Both the position numbers and the translations under genes were made by a program. From Octopus vulgaris (taxonomy: Eukaryota), in assembly GCA_951406725.2 (NCBI GenBank), contig OX597814.1, positions 191,704,001 through 191,768,000 on the forward strand: a stretch of 64,000 nucleotides of DNA. Direction: 5' to 3'. Below, piece by piece: positions 27,429-40,771 of this stretch. Position 1 is the stretch's first letter, and each line of letters begins with the position of its first letter. The notes under the pieces are model-generated. The model was given only the letters and a program-made list of their open reading frames with translations. It was not told the origin of the DNA and did not search any database.

Positions 27429-28224
27429 ACAGTCGTGTTCCACAATTGACAACTGTATAATAATAATACTCTTTTTACTCTTTTACTTGTTTCAGTCATT
27501 TGACTGCGGCCATGCTGGAGCACCGCCTTTAGTCAAGAAAATCAACCTCAGGACTTATTCTTTGTAAGCCTAGTACTTATTCTATCAGTATCTTTTGCTG
27601 AACAGCTAAGTTACAGGGACATAAACACACCAGCATCGGTTGTCAAGCGAGTTGTGGTGGGGACAAACACATGCATATATATATATATATATATAAAGCA
27701 CCATCCGATCGTGGCCGTTTGCCAACCTCGTCTGGCACCTGTGCCGGTGGCACGTAAAAAGCACCCACTACACTCATGGAGTGGTTGGCGTTAGGAAGGG
27801 CATCCAGCCGTAGAAACGTTGCCAGATCAGACTGGGCCTGGTGCAGCCTTCTGGCTTCCCAGACCCCAGTTGCACTGTCCAACCCATGCCAGCATGGAAA
27901 GCGGACGTTAAACGATGATGATGATGATATATATATATATATGACTGGCTTCTTTCAGTTTCTATCTACCAAATCCACTCACAAGGTTTGGTTTGGCCCA
28001 AGGCTATAGTAGAAGACACTTGTCCAAGGTGCCATGCAGTGGAACTGAACCTGGAACCATGTGGTTGGTAAGCAAGTTATTTACCACACAGCCACTCCTG
28101 CGCCTATAATAATATTATAATATAAAAATAATAATATATATATTATTATTATTATAATTACATTAATTCATGCTAATTTAGTTAGCAGCTATCTTATCAT
28201 GAGGTTTGATGATAACAAGTCTCC

Positions 28225-29050
28225 TCAAATCTTAAGAGTCTTTCCAAGGATTCTTACAGAATATAGGATGGCACTTTCCTGTTGATCTACAACAGGAGTG
28301 TTACTTCCAATTTCTTTCAATGGCATTTTGGGTGTCGGGCCAAGTGCCCCTGTATCCACAAGAATAATTGTTGTCTTAGTCTTCCACAGCCACCTCAGCT
28401 TTCTGGTTAGATCTTGGTATTTCTCAGTTTTTTCAATATCTTTGGTATCAATTCTGCTATCATAGGGAATTGCAAAATTCATGATCTTACATTGCTTATT
28501 TTGTCTTCTATAATCATATTTGGTCCTCTTGCTTCAATAGTATGGTCAGTCTTTATTTCTTATTTCTTTACTGCCCACAAGGGGCTAAACATAGAGGGGA
28601 CAAACAAGGACAGACGAAGGGAAAAAGTCAATTACATCGACTCCAGTGCATAACTGATGAAAGGCAAAGTTGACCTCGGCGGAATTTGAACTCAGAACGT
28701 AACAGCAGACGAAATACCTATTTCTTTACTACCCACAAGGGGCTACACACAGAGGGGACAAACAAGGGCAGACAAACGGATTAAGTCGATTACATCGATC
28801 CCAGTGCATAACTGGTACTTTATTTATTGACCCCGAAAGGATGAAAGGCAAAGTCGACCTCGGCGGAATTTGAACTCAGAACGTAACAGCAGACAAAATA
28901 CCGCTAAGCATTTCACCCAGCACGCTGCCTTATGGTCAGCCTTTATGGGGAAGCCGACATGATCCTGAAATTCGTATTTTCTATCACAGCCCCTGGTTCA
29001 TGTTCATACCATTTTGCTGTTATTTTGAAGCCACACACCTGGCAAACATC
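28225..29050 (-). mobile_element. Dong/R4-type REL remnant split by a SINE dimer (28557-28930)
   Basis: NFAIPYDSRIDTKDIEKTEKYQDL...W.TKTTIILVDTGALG. Confidence 0.8.
28557..28930 (-). mobile_element. Dimer of SINE family A
   Basis: 16-bp TSD TATGGTCAG[T/C]CTTTAT at 28541 and 28931. Confidence 0.85.
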
Positions 29051-29059
29051 CCAATTATT

Positions 29060-29705
29060 ACTATCATTGAAGACGCCACACAGTATCCAATGATGTTGTA
29101 GATTGAAGATATTATGTCTGTCAAGTCACAACAAGGACCCCAGACAGATAGTACTTTACGCAATATGCGTGCAGTTCCTGGTAAAACTGATTTTTACCAT
29201 ACACCAAAATTGTAGGGTATTTCTAAAGTTTCCAGATGTTTCTTCACGTTGGGTGGTATTCCAGTTGTTTCTTCAGGTTGGGTGGTTCTGATGACAATAG
29301 GGACAACCTCTATGTTTGACTCTCATAGCTGTCACATCTTAGTGATCTCAATTCTCAGGTCTCCATATCTATCAGTCTTTTCTCTTTCTTTCATGATAAT
29401 ATGTTGATCTCCTGGCACTGCCACATCGATTATTAGGCACTCTTGTTTGTCCTTCCCAAAGGTTAATCTGTCCAGCCTTAGGTGTTCTAACACCATGTCT
29501 GTCTGGAAGTCAAAGTCCCAGAGGATCTTTGCCATCCTGTTTTTGTCTATTACATTTTCTGGTGTATGTTGGTACCAAGCACCCATTGGCTTGTATCCAT
29601 ACTTCTGGCATAGTAGCCAGTGAAGGTTCTGGGCTACCTTGTGTCTGTGCTTGTATTCTTTCTGTGCAAGACTTTCACAAGCACTAACAATGTGAGTCAT
29701 GTTTT
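29060..29705 (-). mobile_element. Dong/R4-type LINE REL domain and 3' UTR
   Basis: HIVSACESLAQKEYKHRH..KILWDFDFQTD..CLIIDVAVPGD..KEREK. Confidence 0.85.
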
Positions 29706-30387
29706 TAACCTTCTTTTTTATTATCACCACCATCACCATCACCATCACCATCACCATCACCATCATCCCCATCATCATCATCATCATTCTTTTAAATAAC
29801 GTTATTATTGTTAATAAAATACTATATTATAGTCTCACAATAACCAAATTAACAATTGGTTTTATACAAGAAGTTTAGAACAAATTTTGGCAATCATCAG
29901 AAATGGCTTGTCAGAGTTGGTTCTCAAATTTTGTATGAAACCAATTAATAATTTGGCTATTATGAGACTATGATATTTCATTTATAATAATAATAACAAT
30001 GACAGCAATAACAATAATGATGATAATAATAATAATAATAATAATAATGATAATAATAATAATAATAATATCCTATTAACTAATATGCGAGTACCTATTT
30101 TTCATGACTCATGGATGTTTGAACAACAATATACACACGCACATTCATATCATCATCATCATCCTCATCGTTTAACGTCCGTTTTTCATGCTAGCATGGG
30201 TTGGACAGTTTGACTGGGGTCTGGGAAGCCAGGAAGCTACACCAGACACCAGACTGATCTGGCAGTGTTTCTACGGCTGGATGCCCTTCCTAACGCCAAC
30301 CACTCCGTTATTGTAGTGGGTGCTTTTTATGTTCCATCGGCACAGGTGCCAGGGGAGGCTGGCAATGGCCACGATCGGTTGGTGCTT

Positions 30388-30421
<34 letters not shown>

Positions 30422-30424
30422 CAT

Positions 30425-30845
30425 ATATGCAAGAGAAACGACTGTGCTGGTATGGTCATGTGTTGCATATGGATGAGGACAGCTGTGTGAAAGAGTGTTA
30501 CACTCTAGCAGTAGAGGGAACTTGTGGAAGAAGTAGACCCAGGAAGACCTGGGATGAGGTGGTGAAGCATGACCCTTGAACGTTGGACCGCACGGAGGTG
30601 ATAACAAGTGACTGAGACCTTTGGAGATATGCTGTGCTTGAGAAGACTCAGCAAGTCCAGTGAGACCATAACTGTGGCCTATGCTACTGCAGCATAACCA
30701 GCCCATTTAAGAGTACTCTTCAATCATTGGTCAATAAACTGTGCTTGCGAAGACCTGTTGAGTCAAGTGAAGTCATTGTTGTGGACGATGTCAGTACCAC
30801 CTGATTGGTACCCTTGCTGGTGGCATGTAAAAAGCACCATTCAAG
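30425..30845 (+). mobile_element. RTE LINE 3' fragment
   Basis: QEKRLCWYGHVLHMDEDSCVKECYTLAVEGTCGRSRPRKTWDEVVKHD plus UTR motif. Confidence 0.85.
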
Positions 30846-31199
30846 CATGTTCAATTAAATGGAGCCGCTTGAAATGATTGTACTGTATCACCTCTTGATA
30901 TCTGGTTACTTATTTTGATATATATATATGTGTGTGTGTGTATATATATATATATCTATATCTATATATTTATATATATGTGTGTGTGTATGTATATGTA
31001 TATATATGTGTGTGTATATATATATATGTATGTGTGTGTATATATATATATGTGTGTGTGTGTATATATATATATGTGTGTGTGTGTATATATATATCTA
31101 ATATATATATATATATCTAATATATATATATATATATATATCTATATATATATATATATATCTAATATATATATATATATATATCTAATATATATATAT

Positions 31200-31234
<35 letters not shown>

Positions 31235-33243
31235 GCAATTAGAAGCATGAAAACAGGGAAAGCCCCAGGCCCATCAGGAATCACTGCAGAGATGCTCAAA
31301 ATGTCTGGTAGTGTCGGCTATAGCCTAGTCACCCGTATAGTTAATCAGGTGATACACAAAGGAGTCATACCCAATGACTGGTGTAGCAGCATAATAGTCA
31401 ACTGCTACAAAGGTAAAGGTGACGCCCTAGATACAAATAACTACAGAGGTATCAAGCTGTTGGATCAGGTGATGAAGGTTACGGAGAGGGTCATAGCCCA
31501 ACTAATTAGAGAGAGAGTTAGTTTAGATGAGATGCAGTTTGGGTTTGTGCCAGGGAAAAGTACCACTGATGCTATATTCCTGGTAAGGCAGCTGCAGGAG
31601 AAATACCTAGCCAAAGATAAGCCCCTGTACCTGGCTTTTGTTGACATGGAGAGAGCCTTCGACAGGGTCCCCCGATCCCTTATCTAGTGGTCAATGAGGA
31701 AACTAGGGATAGATGAATGGTTAGTGAGAGCTGTGCGGGCCATGTATAGGGACGCTGCTAGTAAGGTAAGGGTTGGCAATGAGTACAGTGAAGAATTCCG
31801 GGTAGAGGTAGGGGTCCACCAAGGCTCAGTCCTCAGCCCCCTCCTATTTATCATAGTCCTCCAGGCAATAACGGAGGAATTCAAGACAGGATGCCCTTGG
31901 GAGCTCCTCTATGCTGATGACCTTGCTCTAATTGCTGAGTCACTATCAGAACTGGAGGAGAAATTTCAGGTGTGGAAACAAGGATTAGAATCGAAGGGCC
32001 TTAGAGTCAATCTAGCTAAAACCAAAGTCGTAGTCAGTAGGAAGGTAGACAAATCACAAACGCCTTCAGGTAGATGGCCCTGCTCAATCTGTAGAAAAGG
32101 TGTAGGTAGAAACTCTATAAGATGCACCAAGTGTAAGCTATGGACACATAAGAGTTGCAGCAATGTCAAAGGAAGGCTAACTAGGAAGATGGTTTTTGTA
32201 TGTGGCAGATGCTCAGGAACAATAAACACTGAAAATGCTCTGAGACCAACTTCCGTCACTTTCTAGGGAGAAAAACTAGAAATAGTTGATAGTTTCCGTT
32301 ACCGAGGTGACCAAGTCAGCAGCGGGGGCGGGTGTTCTGAAAGTGTAACTGCTAGAGTAAGAATAGCTTGGGCAAAGTTCAGAGAGCTCTTACCTCTGCT
32401 GGTGACAAAAGGCCTCTCGCACAGAGTAAAAGGCAGACTGTATGATGCGCGTGTACGAACAGCCATGCTACATGGCAGTGAAACATGGGCCATGACTGCT
32501 GAGGATATGCGTAAGCTCGCAAGAAATGAAGCCAGTATGCTCCGATGGATGTGTAATGTCAGTACTCATACTCGGCAGAGTGTAAGTACCTTGAGAGAAA
32601 AGCTGGACCTAAGAAGCATCAGTTGTGGTGTGCAAGAGAGACGTTTGCGCTGGTATGGTCATGTGGCGAGAATGGATGAAGGTAGTTGTGGGAAAAAGTG
32701 CCACACCCTAGCGGTTGAGGGAACCTGCAGAAGAGGCAGACCCAGGAAAACCTGGGACGAGGTGGTGAAGCACGACCTTCGAACTTTAGGTCTCACTGAG
32801 GAAATGACTAGAGACCGAGACCTCTGGAAGTGTGCTGTGCGCGAGAAGACCCGGCAGGACAAGTGAGTCCATAACCCATGACCTTCTACATGGGATGGAG
32901 CCAGCCTACGTATGCATACCTTCCCTTCTTGGGACACAAAACTCTACTTTTGAAGACCTGTTGAGGCAAGTGAGGATCAGAATCGAAATCGATCAATGGA
33001 AATTGCAGATGTGTTACCAGTGCCGGTGGCATGTAAGAGAACCATCCGTTTGCGACTGTTGCCAGCGCCGCCCCGACTGGCCTCGTGCTGGTGGCACGTA
33101 AAAAGCACCCACTACACTCACGGAGTGGTTGTCGTTAGGAAGGGCATCCAGCCGTAGAAACACTGCCAGATCTGACAGACCCCAGTTGAACCGTCCAACC
33201 CATGCTACCATGGAAAACGGACGCTAAATGATGATGATGATGA

Positions 33244-33247
<4 letters not shown>
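31235..33247 (+). mobile_element. 5'-truncated RTE-clade LINE (RT, PHD-like finger, C-terminus, 3' UTR, (GAT)n tail)
   Basis: ORFs 31247, 31694 and 32402 share one frame, broken only by TAG at 31685 and 32264. Motifs: KAPGPSGI, NYRGIKLL, QFGF, GVHQGSVLSPLLF, YADD (31910), RLRWYGHV, RGRPRKTW. Flanked by (TA)n. Confidence 0.95.
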
Positions 33248-33293
<46 letters not shown>

Positions 33294-34604
33294 ATATATA
33301 TATGTATATATATATATTTACCTGTAAATGTAATATGTGATAATTATTCGGTAGCCATGATAAAACTCCAAGTTTCGAATGCCAAGGTGGAAATCCACGC
33401 CGCCATCTCTTCAGTTATCCGGCCATCGGAAAAACAGAGTTTTATCATGGCTACCGAATAATTGTCACATATTACATTTACAGATAAATTCCTCAATTTA
33501 CATAATATTGATGTCTCTTTCATTCTTTTGTTGTCTTACCATTTTTATCAATATATATATATATATATATAGTTTGCCAGCTCTGTCTGGCACCTGTGCG
33601 GGTGGCACGTAAAAAGCACCCACTACACTCACGGAGTGGTTGGCGTTAGGAAGGGCATCCGGCCGTAGAAACACTGCCAGATCAGACTGGGCCTGATGCA
33701 GCCTTCTGGCTTCACAGACCCCAGTTGAACCGTTCAACCCATGCTAGCATGGAAAGCGGACGCTAAATGATGATGATGATGATATATATATGTATATGTG
33801 AGTGTGTGATTGCGAGTCTTTGTGTCAACAGGTGTTGATGTGTTTATGTTCCTGTGACTTAACAGTTTGCCATAAGAGACCAATAGAATAAGTACCAGGC
33901 TTACAACAGAAAAAAAAAGATCTAGGGTCAATGTGTTCGACTAAAATTCTTCAAGGCAGTGCCCCAGCATGGCTGTAGTCTTATGACTGAGACTAGTAAA
34001 AGATAAAAGAAATATATTTACACATGCACATGTATCCATGTATGCGTTCATGTGTTAATGTGTGTCTGTGTGCATGCAAGTGCACACATACAAACACACA
34101 CACACACGTCACCTGAATGAGTCCAAAGAGAAAGGCTTAGGGTAGCAACTGAATGAATCTTCAGTATTATACACTTATTACATTTGAACATTCAAATGTG
34201 TGTGTGTGTGCATGTCCGGGTACGTATGTTTATTTGTGTGAAATGAATGCTTAATGTATTCACGCATACAAATCCTTTGTTCCTGTTATTACAGACCTAG
34301 AGTCAGATAACTTATTTCTTTCTGATATGACTTTACTGCTTTCTCATATCCAAACATGCCATTATCTTGTTTGGGCAAGAATACAGCCATTATGACATTA
34401 ATAATAGAGCTGTCATTATTATTTACTCCAAACAAACATTTTTACAACCTAATTGCTATTGTTCTGTTTATTGTTGTTGATTCAGGGTAAGCCAGGTCGC
34501 AAGTTACAGCTGACGGGAAGCAAACAGACTTTATGCACTCAGAGCCTTTCAGTGAACACTTGGATCTTCTGATTATCGTTGTCATCATCATCATCTTCAT
34601 CATC

Positions 34605-35338
34605 TGGTGCTGGTGTCAAGTAAAAACCACCAGTGCTGGTGCCACATAAAGGACGCTGGTGCTGGTATGACAGGAAAAGCACTGGTGCTGGTGCCATGTG
34701 AAAACCACCCAGTGCTGGTGCTATGTAAAATGCATGGGTGCTGGTGTCACATAAAAAGAACCAATGCTGGTGCCATACAAAAAGCACCAATGCTGGTGCC
34801 ATATAAAAATGTATGGATGCTGGTGCCACATAAAAAGCAGCAATGCTGGTGTCACGTAAAAAGCACCAATGCTGATGTCATACAAAAAGCACCAATGCTG
34901 GTGCCATGTAAAAATGTATGAGTGCTGGTGTCACATAAATAGCACCAATGCTGGTGCCTTATAAAAATGCATGGGTGCTGGTGCCACATAAAAAGCACCA
35001 ATGCTGATGTCATGCAAAAAGCACCAATGCTGGTGCCATGTAAAAATGCATGGGTGCTGGAGCCACATAAAAAGCACCAATGCTGGTGTCATGTAAAAAG
35101 CACCAATACTGGTGCCATGTAAAATGCATGGATGCTGGTGCCATTTAAAAGACACCAGTGCTGGTGTTACATGAAAAGCACTGGTACTTATACAATGTAT
35201 AAGGCACTGGTGCTCATGTCGCACAAAAGGCGCAGTGCTCATGCTGTGTACAAGGCACTGATGCTTGTACCACATGAAAAACACAGGTGCTGATTCTACA
35301 TAAAAAGCACTCGTGGTGGTGCCATATAAAAAGCATCC
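34605..35338 (+). repeat. Minisatellite, ~28 bp unit TGCTGGTGCCAYRTAAAAAGCACCAA, derived from the RTE 3' UTR
   Basis: Roughly 25 imperfect units, running directly into the standard RTE tail (TTGGCATTAGGAAGGGCAT). Confidence 0.85.
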
Positions 35339-35415
35339 AGTACATTCTGTAATGTTGTTGGCATTAGGAAGGGCATTTGGCTGTAGACACCATATCAAAG
35401 CAGACAATGGAGTGC

Positions 35416-35458
<43 letters not shown>

Positions 35459-35603
35459 CGTTTTTGGACTTGGTTTGCAAGATTCTTTATATGAGTTCAT
35501 GTGTTGAAGCATATTCTGTTGTGTCTGGGGACAGTCATTTTCTTTTTGTGAGTGTGTTACATTATAAGGCACAAAAAGAAAATGACTCTCCCCAGACACA
35601 ACA

Positions 35604-35637
<34 letters not shown>

Positions 35638-36754
35638 TGATAGGGAAGATAACCACCCCATGAATGTCTCTAGAGATCATTGGACTAGACTAGTTTCTCT
35701 TATCAGTTATAGGCTCATCAGTGTGTATATACTATGTACTTCATACAGCCTTAAGAGCTTTTAACTCTTATTTCTTGCAATATCAGTGCTTCAGTACCCT
35801 CAGTCATAATTAGTCTTGATTCAAGTTTTCCTTTTGGGTTTTATATTGTGCCTAGCTGTTTGTATTAATTTTTAATATACACATTAGCATTTCACTGAAT
35901 AAGCCATAAAATTATATGGTAAATGTATGTACTGATAGTCCGATTTAGCAAAAGCGTAGAGCAATTGAGTAGTCACTAATGACAAGCCTGTTACTGATAG
36001 TCTAGTCCAGTGATCTCTAGAATCATCATCGTCATCGTTTAATGTTCGTTTTCCATGCTAGCATGGGTTGGACAGTTCGACTGGGGTCTGGGAATCCAGG
36101 AGGCTGCACCAGGCTCCAGTCTGATCTGGCAAGGTTTCTACAGCTGGATGTCCTTCCTAACGCCAACCACTCCGTGAGTGTAGTGGGTGGTTCTTATGTG
36201 TCACCGGCACAGGGGCCAGAGGAGGTTGGAAATGGCCATGATTGGTTGGTGCATTTTTTGTGCCACTGGCACAGAAGACAGTCAAGGCAGTGCTGGCATT
36301 GGCCACGTTCGGATGGTGCTTTTTACGTGCCACCAGCACGAGTATCACAACTGCAATTTCCATTTGATTTTTTGGTGCTGATGTACTTGACACAATAGGT
36401 CTCCTCAAGCACAGCAGGTCGCCCTATGGTCCAAGGTAAGCTCAGCAGGTTGTCAAATATATATATATATATATATATATATTGTGTTTCATACAGCATT
36501 AAGAGTTTTTAACTTTTTTTTTTTTGTAATATAAGTGCTTTGGCAGCCTCAGTCACATCCATAAATTTTATAATTAATTAATAATTATAATTGAGGGTGC
36601 ACGAGGCACTAGTGTTCTGTAAATAAGAGTTGAAAAGTACTCTAATAAGCCACCATTTCACTGAAAGTGGCCACTTATGCTATTATTATCATTATTATTA
36701 TTATTATTATTATTATTTATTAAAAATAATAATGATAATAATAATAATAATCAA

Positions 36755-36786
<32 letters not shown>

Positions 36787-37415
36787 TATCTATATTTTTA
36801 ATTTATATAAAATTATACACTGACATCCTTTGAAATTTGCCGCTCGTCTTTCAACAATTAATGGGCATGGTGAAGCGAGTGAAGATTTTAACCCTAGGTA
36901 AGTAGTAAGACCTGCTGATGAAAAATAAGAGCAAAAAGCTCAAAGTTTGAAATCATATGAAACATGAATATCTCTTGCCTCGTTTGCGACTATCAGCTGC
37001 AATGGCAAGTTAATTTCTTGGCTTGTCCCACCATTTTTGTCATCTTGTTATGCTTTCAGTGAAATGGTGGTTTATTAGAGTATTTCGATTCTTATTTACA
37101 GCAACACTGGATCCTCATGTACCCTCAATTATAATTATTAATTAATTATAAGATTAATGGATTTGCCCTTTTATTGGCTTTAATGCTTGAAGCCCACTTA
37201 TATTATTATAATTATTATTGATTAATAATAATAATAATAATAATATCTATATTGGCTGTGTGAAGGTGCAGGAGTGGCTGTGTGGTAAGGAGCTTGCTTA
37301 CCGACCACATAGTTCCAGGTTCAGTCCCACTACGTAGCACCTTGGGCTGACCAAAGCCTTGTGAGTGGATTTGGTAGATGGAAACTGAAAGAAGCCTGTC
37401 GTATATATATATATA

Positions 37416-37454
<39 letters not shown>

Positions 37455-38383
37455 ATGTGTATATGTTTGTGTGTCTGTGTTTATCCCCACCAACATCGCT
37501 TGACAACCGATGCTGGTGGGTTTACGTCCCCGTAACTTAGCGGTTTGGCAAAAAGAGGCCGATAGAATAAGTACTAGGCTTACGAAGAATAAGTCCTGGG
37601 GTCAATTTGCTCGACTAAAGACGGTGATCCAGCATGGCTGCAGTCAAATGACTGAAACAAGTAAAAGAATAAAAGAAAAACGAATAAAAGTATATATATA
37701 TATATCTTTAAAAGGCTGTATGCTATGACCAGTCAGAGAGTGATCATTTCTTTTGTACCTTATAAAGCACTTAGCTGTACAGGTGACTGACCAGACTCAA
37801 ATGGCCAGAGGCATACAACCTCTCTGCAACAGTTGTAGAGAGCTTATGTGTCTCTGATCAATTAAATCTGATGAGTCACCTATATGGCCAAGTGCTTTGT
37901 AGGTGCAAAACCAATGGTTACTCTCTGACTGGACATAACAAACAACCTTCCAAGTATTTTACTGTTCTAATGTTTTGGAATGTGCTTCTGTTTTGGATAT
38001 ATGAACTACTGATGAACTACTATCATCATCATCATCATCATCACCATCATTTAATGTTCATTTTCCGTGCTAGCCTGGGTTGGACGGTTTGACAGGAGCT
38101 GGCCATTTGAAGAGCTGCTTGGGCCCCATGACTGTTTTGGTATGGTTTCTATGGCTGGCTGCCCTTCCCAATGCCAACCACTTTATGTTGGCTCCAGTTC
38201 ACTCAGCTGTAGAAATGAGCTGCGATGTCACTGGTACCAAGCTGTATTGGCCTTTATAGAGAGGGGAGGCTGATATGCATGGGCGACTGCTGCTCTTCCA
38301 TAAACAACCTTGCCCGGACTTTTGCTTCAGAGGGTAATTTTCTAGGTGCAATCTCATAGTCATTCATGACCGAAGGGGGTCAC

Positions 38384-38491
<108 letters not shown>

Positions 38492-39198
38492 GATTCTAGT
38501 TTCCATTAGACTTGATAAACTAGTCTATAAAATTAGAACTAACCCCCCCCCAGTAATAAATCTAAATAACAAAGGAAAATGAATGATAGGCAGTGTCTTC
38601 CTGTGAAAAAAAATATCAGTTACTACTATGATATTGTTGATGAAACATGTTCTTTCTCCATCTACTTATCCTCCGTGTGATTTTGGTTAATAGAATAACT
38701 ATACAAACGAATCCTTTGAATTTAACTAAATTCTATATTTTTATGCAGCTGAAGATTGCTCTACATTTTAAAACTGATGTAATATTTGCATTGTTCAATT
38801 AAATGGAGTTGCATGAAACGATCATACTGCATTACCTCTGGATAGCCTTGTTGCTTATTTTGATTGTAATCACCCCATTTTGAATTATATGGATAATACC
38901 ATACTGAATTCTGGTGCCTTTAACTTAAGTACCATATACAACTGAATCTAAATTTTACTGAACTTATATATATATATCATAATCATCAACATCATTTAAC
39001 GCCCATTGTCCATGCTGGCATGGGTGGGACAGTTTGGCCTGTGCTGGCAAGCTGTACTAGACTCCAGTCTGATTTGGCATGGTTTCAACAGATGGATGCC
39101 CTTCCTAATGCCGGAGTGTGCTGGGTGCTTTTACATGGTGCTGCATGGGTAGTTTTATGTGGCACTGCACATATGCATATTATTTAATAAACACAATA

Positions 39199-39404
39199 CA
39201 GTAATCCCTTGCCATACCACAGTTCACCTATCGTGCATTCAGTACATCATGGACTTTTCTGGTTAATTTATGTAAATTTATATTGTGAACTCCTCAGTAG
39301 ATTATGGGTTTCTGCAGCCAATAGGTATTTATATTTTTTAAGATTTTAATAATTTCTGTGGGAGGTTTTGGAACATAACACCCACGATAATCAAGGGATT
39401 ACTG
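39199..39404. mobile_element. Tc1/mariner-superfamily (Tigger/pogo-like) MITE
   Basis: TIRs CAGTAATCCCTTG / CAAGGGATTACTG; TA at the left end. Confidence 0.75.
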
Positions 39405-40771
39405 CATATGTTTTTATGAGCTGTGAGTTCATGGCTGTTTCCTGCACCAGTTTCGCATAGCCCCAGCCCATCCAAAGTACCTTGGATTGCAGAACGACCT
39501 GCTGTGCTTACCTTGGATCGTAGGGTGACCTGCTGTGCTTGAGGAGACCTATTGAGTCAAGTACATCAACATCAAAATAAATATCAAATGGAAGTTGTAG
39601 TTGTGATACCTGTGCCAGTAGCATGTAAAAAGCACCATCTGAATGTGGCCGATGCCAGTGCTGCCTTGACTGGCTTCTGTGCCGGTGGCACGTAAAAAGC
39701 ACTAACCGATTGTGGCTGCTGCCAGCCTCCATTGGCACCTGTGCCGGTGGCATGTAAAAAGCACCCACTACACTCACAGAGTGGTTGGCGTTAGGAAGGG
39801 CATCCAGCTGTAGAAACACTGCCATATCAGACTTGAGTCTGGTGCAGCCCCCTGGCTTCCCAGACCACGGACGAACCGCTCAACCCATGCTAGCACGGAA
39901 AACAGACGTTAAACGATGATGATGATGATGTTAGTTTCATGTGATGAAAACAACTCAGCATTTTTAAACATGTCTAGTGCCTTAGGGCAATCCTTAGGCT
40001 GTGCCCACATGGCACGACAAGCTAAAAACAAGATTGTTCCATTTTAAGCTTGGTATGTAATGTGGGCACAGCCTGAGGATTGTCCTAAGATATCAGATGT
40101 GTTAAAAATTGCAGTCTGAGCTGTTTTCATTGCTTGAAAGTAATAGTAGCTCATAAAAAAATATATTGTGTTTATTAAGTTTTAAATATTTATCTCTCAC
40201 CAAATGGAGTGCTTTTTTGTTGATCTTACCATTAGGGAACAATATACTATGTATGTATGTGTGTGTCTCGAGCAAGGCACTTTATTTCACGTTGCTCCAG
40301 TTCACTCAGCTGTAGAAATGAGTTGCGACGTCACAGGTGCCAAGCTGTATCGACCTTTGTCTTTCCCTTGGATAACACTGGTGGCGTGGAGAGGGGAGGC
40401 TGGTATGCATGGGCGACTGCTGGTCTTCCATAAACAACCTTGCCCGGACTTGTGTCTAGGAGGGTAACTTTCTAGGTGCAATCCCATGGTCATTCATGAC
40501 CGAAGGGGGTCTTTACCCCCTTTATAGCAATAAGAAAATGGAGGGGATGAATAGCTTAGTTTTTCCTTGGGGCTGGCCAGATTGGAGCAATCTCAAGATT
40601 AATCAGCCGAAATTGCGAGGATGATCCGGTTCTTGACTGAAGATAAAAGGCTTCGAATGACCTGTCCTTGTTTTTTTGTATTGTCTATCTGGATGTTTTA
40701 TTGTCCCTTTTTGTATCACCTAGTTGTCCGGATGTTTTGTGTTCTTGTCCCATTTTGTATTTTATTATACA

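Noticed and set aside
34605-35338. Possible CRISPR array
   Set aside because: No unique spacers, no cas genes, eukaryotic context; the unit derives from the RTE 3' UTR.
40636-40668. CTGAAGA...CGAAT...GTC hammerhead-like motif
   Set aside because: GAAA is absent and stems I/II do not pair convincingly.
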